Assembly: GCA_041640635.1 (NCBI GenBank)
Contig: JBEPZX010000025.1
Coordinates: 1-17,166, forward strand
From: Aquificaceae bacterium
GTDB lineage: Bacteria > Aquificota > Aquificia > Aquificales > Aquificaceae
Length of the DNA: 17,166 nucleotides
Direction of reading: 5' to 3'
Of this stretch, positions 7,926-16,342 are shown piece by piece. A program made the position numbers and the translations under genes. Numbering within the stretch: the stretch's first letter is position 1; the number at the start of each line of letters is the position of its first letter. The notes beneath the pieces were generated by a model. It saw only the letters and a list, made by a program, of their open reading frames with translations, was not told where the DNA came from and did not search any database.

Positions 7926-8618
7926 TTAAAACATATTACTAAGCTTACTTTTCAACTTATTAATTGCCTGTAACTTTATCTGAGAGACACGGGCTACCGA
8001 TACATTAAGAATTTCTGCAATAGCCTGCAAGGGTAGCTCTTCATAAAACACTAACTGAAGCACTAGTTGTTCTTTATAATCTAGTTCCTTGACAGCTTGT
8101 AGAAGTTTTTCTCGTATATCCTTTTTCAGTACAGCTTCCTCAGGATCATCTTCATTAGATGGAAAGAACTCTTCGTAACTTCTCCCTTCACTGAAGAGCT
8201 CATCTAAACTTAAAAAATTGGAAAAGGCGATTTTTTCTAAATCTTTCTGAAGGTCTTGTATGGATACGTTTAAATATCTCGCAATTTCTTCATCTGTGGG
8301 TTCTTTCCCAGTCATGCTAGTTAGTTCTTCTATTGCTCTTTTTATTTTTTTCTCTTTCTCTCTTAGGCTTTTGCCTAAATTGTCAAGACTTCTTAAATAA
8401 TCGTAAATAGCACCCTTTATTCTTAACTTAATATAAGCAATTCCACCCTTTGATATATCCAACTTATTCACAGCTTCTACGAGCCCCAAGATGCCATATC
8501 CAACTAGATCATTTATATCTACAGAGTTAGGTAGACGTTTGTATATTTTGTATGCTACTGACTTTACTAGTGGCAGGTATTTAAGAATAAGTTCCTCCTT
8601 TTCTTTTCCCGTAAGCAT
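7926..8618 (-). CDS. fliA: FliA/WhiG family RNA polymerase sigma factor (sigma-28)
   Basis: KYLPLVKSVA, RLPNSVDINDLVGYGILGL, RIKGAIYDYLRSLD, GKEPTDEEIA, LSLDEL, and region 4 EELPLQAIAEILNVSVARVSQIK. Confidence 0.92.
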   Translation of the reverse strand: MLTGKEKEELILKYLPLVKSVAYKIYKRLPNSVDINDLVGYGILGLVEAVNKLDISKGGIAYIKLRIKGAIYDYLRSLDNLGKSLREKEKKIKRAIEELTSMTGKEPTDEEIARYLNVSIQDLQKDLEKIAFSNFLSLDELFSEGRSYEEFFPSNEDDPEEAVLKKDIREKLLQAVKELDYKEQLVLQLVFYEELPLQAIAEILNVSVARVSQIKLQAINKLKSKLSNMF

Positions 8619-8696
8619 AGGATTTTAAAAGTATTATATCTGTTCTTTTGCATAGAATAGTTCGAAAGAGTCTTAATATTTACTTACATAGATGCC

Positions 8697-9299
8697 TTAA
8701 CTTTGGCTTGCTCTCAATTTTTCGATCTCTACTTCTTTTTGAAAGAGCTCTTTTTCCTTTTCCAAAAGTGCTTTTTGAATTTCTAAGTCCTTTTGTGCTA
8801 TTTGGAATTCCTTTTCTTTAAGTTTTGCTTCTAACTCTTTGTTTTCTTGCTCTAAACGCTTTATCTCTTCTTTTAATTTTTCTAATTCTCTTTCCATTTG
8901 GCTGATCTTAGTCGCATTCGCTTCTTTCTCTTGTCTTAGAAATTCTATCTCCTTTTCCTTAACTGCCAACAAGGTGTATAAACTCGAAAGTTCATATAGT
9001 AGTTCCTCCTTTTGCATATCTTTAGCTATTTGGAGTTCTATATATGTAGCAATAAGGCTTCCTTCTAATGAAGATTTCAATTTATCTATTGTTTCTTTCA
9101 ATTGTGTCTGAATCTCTTCTTTTTGCTTCTTAGTTCCTGCCAAATGATCGTATTCTTCCTGGGAAATATAAACATACCATATTCCATCTTCCTCTTTAGA
9201 TCCACTTAAAATACCTGCCCTTATCCTGTTTTTTACCGTGTTTAAAGATACTCCAGAGAGATTTGCATACTCACTTGCTTTTATCTTTAGAAGTTCCAT
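8697..9299 (-). CDS. Hypothetical protein with N-terminal excisionase/MerR-like winged HTH and a long C-terminal coiled coil
   Basis: KASEYANLSGVSLNTVKNRIRAGILSGSKEEDGIWYV fits a wHTH. The C-terminal roughly 90 aa form an E/K/L heptad repeat. Confidence 0.8.
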   Translation of the reverse strand: MELLKIKASEYANLSGVSLNTVKNRIRAGILSGSKEEDGIWYVYISQEEYDHLAGTKKQKEEIQTQLKETIDKLKSSLEGSLIATYIELQIAKDMQKEELLYELSSLYTLLAVKEKEIEFLRQEKEANATKISQMERELEKLKEEIKRLEQENKELEAKLKEKEFQIAQKDLEIQKALLEKEKELFQKEVEIEKLRASQS

Positions 9300-9364
9300 G
9301 AAAAATATAATAATACTTTTTTAAATTTTTATTGATTACTCATTAAAAGCTTATTTAAAGTTTA

Positions 9365-9387
9365 AAACCTAAAAAAATTTTAGATTT
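9365..9387. promoter_or_regulatory. Inverted repeat AAACCTAAAA-AAA-TTTTAGATTT (weak terminator or operator)
   Basis: 10-3-10 palindrome with one mismatch, directly after the HerA stop and about 65 bp upstream of the HTH gene. Confidence 0.35.
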
Positions 9388-9390
9388 ACA

Positions 9391-11212
9391 CTAGAGCTTT
9401 ATACTACACATCATTGGAAATCCAACAGCTATGCCAGTTAAGTAAAAACTACCTGTTTTTAAAGAAGGTAATAAACCAAGGTAATCTTGCTCATAAGGAC
9501 CAAAAAAGGGAGATATTGCATCTATATCGTTCTTTGTAACCAATCTAAATATAGCCTGTGTGTTCATTTGTGAAAGTACATACTTACTCAAGTTTGCAGG
9601 CCTTTGTGTTATTGCTACAAGACCTAAAGAAAATTTTCTGCCTTCTAAGGCTATTTGCCTACTTACTTGAAAGGATATTTTATCCGTGCTAATATGATCC
9701 ACTCCCCTTTCAGGTGAGAAATGATGTGCTTCTTCCAAAACTATAAGCCTTTTTTGATGAAAGTGCCTTGAAACATTGAAGATTTCTTTAAGTATCAAAC
9801 CGACAAGGTTTATTCTAGAATCTAAGATTACTATATCTTTCAAATCGAATAAAACTACTTGCTTCTCTGAATTTATACCTTTGTTTATGAGGTTACATAC
9901 GTGGGTTTGGTTTTTAATTGCTTCGTTTCCATTGTAGTGGGACAATAGATCTAAAAAATCACTAATTGTATCTTTAATATCTCCACAAGAATATAATTTC
10001 AATATGTCTTCAAAGGATTTAGAGTTGTAAGCTATGAACTTAATGTCAGGTTTAGGTATTTACGTATTAGAGAAAAACTCTCTCATGAGTTGATTTTTCT
10101 TGAATATTTATACCTTCATTTTTAAATAATTCCTTTAAATCTTCAGCGTTTATTGGGAAAACAGTATTGGGAAAAACTATATGTTCTATATCTTTTGACG
10201 AAATTTTTTCTTTGTATTCTCCATATACATCAAAAATAAAAACCTTAACTTCTTGATTTTGTAGATTTTCAATCAATTTACTTACAAAAGTTGTTTTCCC
10301 AGAACCGGTAGAGCCAAGCACGGCCATGTGCATACCACATACCTTATTAATGTCAATAAATGCTTTGGATCTAGATGTTGCTATATTTCCACACTCAACT
10401 GGAATACTCATAGGGTATCCAGCCATATTTATCTTGAAGATCTGGTCATCCTCTAAAGGAAATGCTTGTGCTGGAAGCTCTAAGGGATATATGGGTGGCC
10501 TAGTTTTACTTTCTCTTTCTTCAACTTCATGAAGATATTCTATAAGAGGTTTTATTAACACATGAGTGATTTTTCCTAATTCTTCATTTTTTGCGTAGAA
10601 AAAGGAAGCAAGCAATAGCTTATTTTTACAAAACTCCGGTTGTACTTGTATATCTTGCGTATATTGGCTAATTATCCTGCATAAAACGTAGCCTCTGTTT
10701 GTGGGGATTTTTACGAAGGATTCTAATGGCATATTTTCAAGTAAAACACCCTTCAAAAATCCATTCTCGAGCTTCTGATATATAACTATGCTAGCAGAGT
10801 CCTCAAGTTTGATGGATTGGCTCATTATTTCCTGATAGGTCTTTATTACCTCTTTTATATCTGGTGCGTAAGTTAGAAATTCTAAGTTTTCTTCCATTCC
10901 TCCATAGGTAACGTTTGCCGAACCTACCAAAGCTTTTTCATCATCCACCATGATTATCTTGGCATGAAGCTTAGAACTTATATATAGCTTTGCATTGAAA
11001 GCTTGAACTACTCTAAAAGTTCTTAGATCAGTTATTTTTATATCTTGCAAGTTTGATACTCTTATTACTACTTCAATAGACACATCATCTTTTATGTTTG
11101 CTAGCATCCTTTCCAGGAGATCCCCTCTTATCCATGGAGAAATTATGCTAACTTTTCTCTTAGCTTGTGATACTAAGTTTATTATGTCGTTAATGTGTGG
11201 ACTTTCCATCAT
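9391..11212 (-). pseudogene. PLD(HKD)-nuclease/HerA-family (DUF87) ATPase fusion, split into two ORFs (10067-11212 and 9391-10002/10059)
   Basis: N-part has LHAKIIMVDDEKALVGSAN (HxK-x4-D-x6-GSxN), Walker A HMAVLGSTGSGKT and FDVYGEY. C-part has Walker B IVLEEAH, EGRKFSL, TQRP and SQMNT. The two halves of one ATPase fold are in different frames, with stops at 10067-10069 and 10060-10062. Confidence 0.8.
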
Positions 11213-11690
11213 TTATATCCCTCGTCATCCTTATCCAGTAATTGAACTTATCTTTTTCCTCAAATCCAAGTTTCTTATAAAAATTTATTGCTTCTCGATT
11301 TTCATCTCCAACCCATAGTTCCGCAACATCAATCCCTCTTTCTTTAAAGTATTCAAACGCCTTATTTATCAATTCTTTGCCTATTCCCAACTTTCTGTAA
11401 GTAGGTAAAACAACGAGTTCATGAATAGCTCCGACTACCTTTCCTTCCCTCTTGCTGTACCAATTTCCGTCACTAGCAACAAAGCCCACTATTTCTCCAT
11501 TGATTTTGGCTATAAAAATTCCAGCAATATCCCTTCTAAAGAGCCATTGAAGATATGCCATTACATCATCTTCATGGGTGTAAGCATACTCTTGTAGATT
11601 TTTATAACCTACCATGTAAACTTCAACGAGCTTATATATATCATCAATCTTCGCTCTTTCTATTGTGAAATTCACTACCTTTTCACTCAT
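11190..11690 (-). CDS. GNAT family N-acetyltransferase (RimI-like fold)
   Basis: IHELVVLPTYRKLGIGKEL (acetyl-CoA motif A) and LWVGDENREAINFYKKLGF. ATGA overlap with lolA. Confidence 0.9.
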   Translation of the reverse strand: MSEKVVNFTIERAKIDDIYKLVEVYMVGYKNLQEYAYTHEDDVMAYLQWLFRRDIAGIFIAKINGEIVGFVASDGNWYSKREGKVVGAIHELVVLPTYRKLGIGKELINKAFEYFKERGIDVAELWVGDENREAINFYKKLGFEEKDKFNYWIRMTRDINDGKSTH

Positions 11691-12292
11691 TGCTTTATAA
11701 TTTTCGTACCCTTTGGAGTTTCCGTGCTGAATAGATTTTGTGAAGGAGTAAAATTTTTACTTACACTTACAATTTCAAAAGCTACAACAGTACCATCTTT
11801 ATTCTCTATTTTTATGCTACTTATGTTTAAGTTATCATCTACATCTACATAAACTTTGTTGAAATGTTCATCTTTAAGCTTTGGTTTAAGAACAAGTGTC
11901 TTTACACCGTTTTTTTGTAACTCACCTACCTTTTCAAATACGCTACTAAGTGGTTTTGAAACTAAGAACAATGCTTCTATTACTGGTGATTTATTATTTT
12001 GTATGTTGTCTTTTATCGCTACTTTTTCTTCTGGGGAGTAAATAAGTATCTCTCTTGAATCACTAACTATTATCAACTTTTCGGGCTGTTCATACTCTAT
12101 CCTAAATTTTCCACCTGGTTGTGCATAAAAAAAGCCTTTTGAAATTTCAGCTTTTGTTGTCCATGGGTAGTTAACTTTTTGTAAAAACACCACCTTTACA
12201 GATCTTATACTTGTAAATGCTTTTTCTAGTTCATTAAGATCACTGGATAGAACCAGAAAAGGGAAAAGTAAAAGTAAGATTAACACTTTCAT
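11687..12292 (-). CDS. lolA: Outer-membrane lipoprotein carrier protein LolA
   Basis: Signal peptide MKVLILLLLFPFLVLS, FLQK, SKGFFYAQPGGKFRIEYEQPEKLIIVSD, LVLKPK, C-terminal LFSTETPKG. Confidence 0.85.
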   Translation of the reverse strand: MKVLILLLLFPFLVLSSDLNELEKAFTSIRSVKVVFLQKVNYPWTTKAEISKGFFYAQPGGKFRIEYEQPEKLIIVSDSREILIYSPEEKVAIKDNIQNNKSPVIEALFLVSKPLSSVFEKVGELQKNGVKTLVLKPKLKDEHFNKVYVDVDDNLNISSIKIENKDGTVVAFEIVSVSKNFTPSQNLFSTETPKGTKIIKQ

Positions 12293-13371
12293 AATCTATG
12301 AATCCTCCTTAGAAAGGATAAAATAACATCAAACCACATTCTGACAATATCCAAGTTTACAGCATCTAGTACATCATAGAAAGTGTGTCTTAAACCAAAA
12401 GGATATGAGCTCAAAAATAATGCTTGTACTCCTTGCTTTTTAAATGGTATGTGGTCACTTGATGCATTTTTGGATTCTTTAAAATCTATGTCTACTTTTA
12501 GATCCTTTATATGTTTATAAAACATATTCATTATTCTTTCTCCATTTTCACCTTCTGAATCGCTGTATATTACTGCAGGATTGGACCAACCTATGGCATC
12601 AAGGTTTATGCAGTAAAAAACGTGTTTTAATCCTTTGTTGACATGAAACCATGAACCTTCCAAACCAACCTCTTCCGCATCTGTTATCATAAACCTAAAT
12701 CTGTAGGGAACGTTGAAGTTTTTCCTTAATTCTTCGTAAAGAAATGGAAGAATTAAAAATCCTATACCATTATCTATGGCTCCAAAAATCTCGTGTTTGG
12801 TATCCATATGTGCCGTTATGTAAACTACAGGACCTTTTCCTATTTCAAATAATATGTTGCTACATTTTATTCTTTTTTTGGTACTTTCTACTTTTAGGTA
12901 AGCTTCTGCGTCTTCTATTACACTTAGACTATCTTGTTTTACATTCACTACTGGGATAGGTGCTCCCTTAGAGTATCCATAATAGTGTACATTAAGGTTT
13001 TCTGTGTATGTTACAATAGCTTTATAATGCTCATCCAAAGCTCTTTTAAGCATCTGCCTTTCTTGTCTATAGCTGCAAAGTCCTATGTCACCCCCTAACG
13101 GATTTTTTTTCACAAAACCCTTAATTTCTGCAGAAGGGCTATCTAGATAAGCTACACACGGTATATCTTCATTACCAACTGATAATTTACATTCTTTGGG
13201 GATGAATTTTTCCACTACAAAATCTTCCGTATGAAAAGGTATATTTTTGGCTTCAAGAAGAGAAATAATTGCCTCTTTGGTCCTTTTGTGCCCTTCTGTA
13301 CCTATTAATCTATTTTCTTTTAATACGTTTTGCGCTAAATCATATAGTTCTTCAAAAGTTTCATTTTTCAT
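12289..13371 (-). CDS. M28 family zinc metallopeptidase (aminopeptidase)
   Basis: TAHMDT, GAIDNGIG, DAEEVGLEGS, INLDAIG, SSDHIPF, HTFYD. No signal peptide. Confidence 0.88.
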   Translation of the reverse strand: MKNETFEELYDLAQNVLKENRLIGTEGHKRTKEAIISLLEAKNIPFHTEDFVVEKFIPKECKLSVGNEDIPCVAYLDSPSAEIKGFVKKNPLGGDIGLCSYRQERQMLKRALDEHYKAIVTYTENLNVHYYGYSKGAPIPVVNVKQDSLSVIEDAEAYLKVESTKKRIKCSNILFEIGKGPVVYITAHMDTKHEIFGAIDNGIGFLILPFLYEELRKNFNVPYRFRFMITDAEEVGLEGSWFHVNKGLKHVFYCINLDAIGWSNPAVIYSDSEGENGERIMNMFYKHIKDLKVDIDFKESKNASSDHIPFKKQGVQALFLSSYPFGLRHTFYDVLDAVNLDIVRMWFDVILSFLRRIHRL

Positions 13372-14278
13372 ATGTTGGTGTTAGCCAAACTTTGTACCTT
13401 TCTATTTTCCCTCTAACAGCTTTAAAATAGAAGTCTTGAAGTTCCTTAGTAATCGGGCCAACTGTGCCGTCACTTACCTTCCTATTGTCTATCTCTATTA
13501 CGGGTGTTATTTCTGCCGCTGTGCCTGTCATAAAAACTTCATCTGCAACGTAAAGCTCACTCCTAGCTATAGCTCTCTCTTCTACTTCTATAGCAAATTC
13601 TTTTCTCAATAGCATAATAACTGCACGTCTGGTTATACCTTCTAGTATATGTTCAGAGTATGAAGGAGTGATGGCTTTACCGTTTCTAATTATGAATAGA
13701 TTCTCTCCAGAGCCTTCTGCTATAAAACCATGTTGGTTTAACATTAGGGCTTCGTCGTAGCCAGCCAAAAGAGCTTCTGTTTTTGCTAAAGCACTATTTA
13801 CGTAAGCACCTGCTACTTTCCATCTAGATGGTATGGAATTATCATCATTTCTGCGCCAGGAGGATACTTTTACTTTTATTCCCTTTGATGTGTCTAAATA
13901 ACGACCAAAGTTGTAAGTATATATGGCAATATCTGGAGTAAAACCTATGAGTTTTGGTGTAAGTGCCAAATCTTTAAAGTACGCTATTGGTCTTATATAA
14001 ACATCTTGCCTTATTTGGCTCTTTCTTAGAATTTCTTTGGTTATTTCTACTAGATCTTGTGCTGTATAGGGAAGCTCCATAAACATAGCTTTAGCATTTT
14101 TTAAGAGCCTTTCGTAATGCTCCTTAGCAAATAATATATAAAGTTGCTGTTCTTCTTCATTCCAATAAGCTCTTATTCCTTCAAAAACAGCGGTTCCATA
14201 ATGGAAGGAGTTAGTCTTTATATTGATATTCGCCTCATCTACAGTAACTATTTTCCCTTCAAAAAATGCATACTCCAT
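13361..14278 (-). CDS. ilvE: Branched-chain amino acid aminotransferase (PLP fold IV)
   Basis: FHYGTAVFEGIRAY, VYIRP, KVAGAYVNS, GYDEALML, EGSGENLF, ILEGITR, DEVFMTGTAAEITPV. Confidence 0.96.
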   Translation of the reverse strand: MEYAFFEGKIVTVDEANINIKTNSFHYGTAVFEGIRAYWNEEEQQLYILFAKEHYERLLKNAKAMFMELPYTAQDLVEITKEILRKSQIRQDVYIRPIAYFKDLALTPKLIGFTPDIAIYTYNFGRYLDTSKGIKVKVSSWRRNDDNSIPSRWKVAGAYVNSALAKTEALLAGYDEALMLNQHGFIAEGSGENLFIIRNGKAITPSYSEHILEGITRRAVIMLLRKEFAIEVEERAIARSELYVADEVFMTGTAAEITPVIEIDNRKVSDGTVGPITKELQDFYFKAVRGKIERYKVWLTPTYEK

Positions 14279-14285
14279 GAAGGAA

Positions 14286-14295
14286 TATTATAATA
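14286..14295. promoter_or_regulatory. Palindromic bidirectional -10 element TATTATAATA between ilvE and PAP2
   Basis: Gives TATAAT on both strands, 8 nt before the ilvE ATG and 17 nt before the PAP2 ATG. Confidence 0.55.
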
Positions 14296-14311
14296 GTAGA
14301 CATAAAAAGTT

Positions 14312-14932
14312 ATGTTGCAAAATGCGAACATAAAGGTTTTTCTCTTAATTAACGGTTTTAGATCTAAGTTTCTAGATTTTTTCTTTTTCAATATTACACA
14401 TTTGGGAAGTGGCTATATAGTTATACCTTTGACGGTAATTCTATACTTTATAGAAAAGGGAAAAATATGGCCTGTTGTGGTAGCTTATGTTCTATCTGGA
14501 GTTACTGTTCAAATTATAAAATCTTTTTTTCATGTTCAAAGACCTGCAGCGCTTTTAGAAAGGGTATACATAATTGGCGACACTCATCATCATAGGTCCT
14601 TCCCTTCTGGTCATACTGCTACAGCTATGGCGCTTTTTTACGTACTTTCATATGACCAAATTTTGCTAGTAAAGTTTGCCTTGTTTCTCATAGCTTTTCT
14701 TGTAGGTTACTCTCGCATATACATAGGTGTTCATTTTCCATTAGATGTTTTTGTAGGTGCCCTTTTGGGAATAACTTGGGGGTATTTGGCTACACAGTAC
14801 AATTTTTCCATTTTTTTAGTAACTTTTATAGCCATTCTTGGCATTGCAATTAGATACAGAAATGATTTATTTCATTACTTGCGCTACTTTATAGCATGGA
14901 TATTCTTCTATATCAAAAATGTAGCAAGATAG
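14312..14932 (+). CDS. PAP2-family membrane phosphatase (undecaprenyl-PP/lipid phosphate phosphatase-like)
   Basis: C1 KSFFHVQRP, C2 SFPSGH, C3 SRIYIGVHFPLDV, with multiple TM helices. Confidence 0.92.
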   Translation: MLQNANIKVFLLINGFRSKFLDFFFFNITHLGSGYIVIPLTVILYFIEKGKIWPVVVAYVLSGVTVQIIKSFFHVQRPAALLERVYIIGDTHHHRSFPSGHTATAMALFYVLSYDQILLVKFALFLIAFLVGYSRIYIGVHFPLDVFVGALLGITWGYLATQYNFSIFLVTFIAILGIAIRYRNDLFHYLRYFIAWIFFYIKNVAR

Positions 14933-15876
14933 TAGTATAGAGGGAGCCCAATGGCAATGTTAAAGGGAAAAGTTAAAGCCAGTGCCATAGGAACATATAT
15001 ACTTGGGTTTGCTTCTGGAACAGATATACGCATAGCTGCAGGAACTGCTATATAAGATGCGCTGGCAGAAAGCACGGCAAAGAGGAATGCATCTCCTTCT
15101 GACAGACCAAAGAGCTTAGCAAGCAACAAAGCCACAAAGGCATTAAAAACGGGAAGCGTGATTGCAAAAATTATGAGGAAAACTCCCACTTTCTTGAGAT
15201 CTTCCAATCTACGCGCAGCTATTATACCCATATCCAGAAGAAAAAAAGCAAGCATACCTTTAAATAAATCACCAAATAGCGGTTCCATAGTTTTCCATCC
15301 CTTTTCTCCTGTAGAAAAACCTATAGCTAATGAACCAAGAAGTAAGAACACTGAAGGATTCAAAAATGCTTCTTTCAATATTTGATTCCAGGATCTTTCT
15401 TCATTAGTATTTTGTGGATTAAATATGGAAAGAAGTATAAAACCTACTATAATAGCTGGCGATTCCATAAGTGCTAAAGCTGCCACCATATAACCACCGT
15501 ATTCTATTTGCAAACTGTTTAAAAAACTTGTAGCTGTTATAAATGTTACTGCACTAACAGAACCATAACATGCTGACACTGCAACTGAATTGTATATATC
15601 TAGTTTTAGCCTAAGTATGAAAAAGGCATAAATGGGAACAGCGAATGCCATAAATATTGCCAGTGCTAAAGCTTTCAGTGCATCTACAGAAAGTCCACTC
15701 TGGTGAAGCTTATACCCACCGTTAAGACCTATAGAAATTATTAAGTAAAGAGAAAAAAGCTTTGAAAGAGGCTGAGGTATATCTAAATCTGACTTTAAAA
15801 GTATAGCTAGCATTCCTAAAAAGAAGAAAAGTATAAAAGGATTTATCACATTTTGTATTATTAAATCCATCCACAT
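14908..15876 (-). CDS. sbtA: Sodium-dependent bicarbonate transport family permease (SbtA/DUF897)
   Basis: LKSDLDIP, SLYLIISIGLNGG, YGSVSAVTF, LMESPAI, FLLDMG, ASASYIAVPAAMR, PEANP, LTFPFNI. Strong SD AGGAGG upstream. Confidence 0.92.
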   Translation of the reverse strand: MWMDLIIQNVINPFILFFFLGMLAILLKSDLDIPQPLSKLFSLYLIISIGLNGGYKLHQSGLSVDALKALALAIFMAFAVPIYAFFILRLKLDIYNSVAVSACYGSVSAVTFITATSFLNSLQIEYGGYMVAALALMESPAIIVGFILLSIFNPQNTNEERSWNQILKEAFLNPSVFLLLGSLAIGFSTGEKGWKTMEPLFGDLFKGMLAFFLLDMGIIAARRLEDLKKVGVFLIIFAITLPVFNAFVALLLAKLFGLSEGDAFLFAVLSASASYIAVPAAMRISVPEANPSIYVPMALALTFPFNIAIGLPLYYYLATFLI

Positions 15877-16179
15877 AACAAAATAACCTCCTAGAAGTTT
15901 TTGAAAGAGTCGCGGTATTTTGATGGTTAATTTTAATAATAAATCCTTTATGTAAGAATGATAAAAGACATAGAGATAGATTAAGGTGTTAATAAACTAA
16001 TAAAAAACTGCTATACCTCAAATGCATTTTTAGATTTTAGTTCTCCTTTCATAAAGGATCATAATTCCTCAAATCGATAGTGAAGTTGTTTGTGTAAGAT
16101 GAAAAGCAAAAATTTATTTATTTATTTTTATGAAATGAAAAATTAATTTCAATGAAAGGAACTCTCCTATTTTATTAAA

Positions 16180-16204
16180 TTTTATAAGTAGTATAGTTAT
16201 AAAA
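16180..16204. promoter_or_regulatory. Palindromic operator-like site TTTTATAAGTA-GTA-TAGTTATAAAA upstream of sbtA
   Basis: 11-3-11 inverted repeat with one mismatch. It overlaps minus-strand TATAAC/TATACT -10-like hexamers, with TTGAAT 16 nt upstream of TATAAC. Confidence 0.45.
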
Positions 16205-16342
16205 CGTGATTGCTTAGATTCAATAAAAATCCAAGAGTGTAAAATAAAAAGGGACTACGAGAAATACCACAGTAAGAGTAAGAATTATTTATCTTTCTTT
16301 TGTAAAACTTTGCTGTTTAGCTCAATCCAGTTTACATTATGA

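Noticed and set aside
8700..8960. Repetitive CT-rich DNA
   Set aside because: Explained by Glu/Lys codons of the coiled coil on the minus strand.
10051..10078. Programmed ribosomal frameshift in HerA
   Set aside because: It would need two consecutive -1 shifts. The second site is not a slippery heptamer and no stimulatory hairpin is evident.
16113..16130. (TTTA)3 microsatellite
   Set aside because: Too short to be meaningful in an AT-rich intergenic region.
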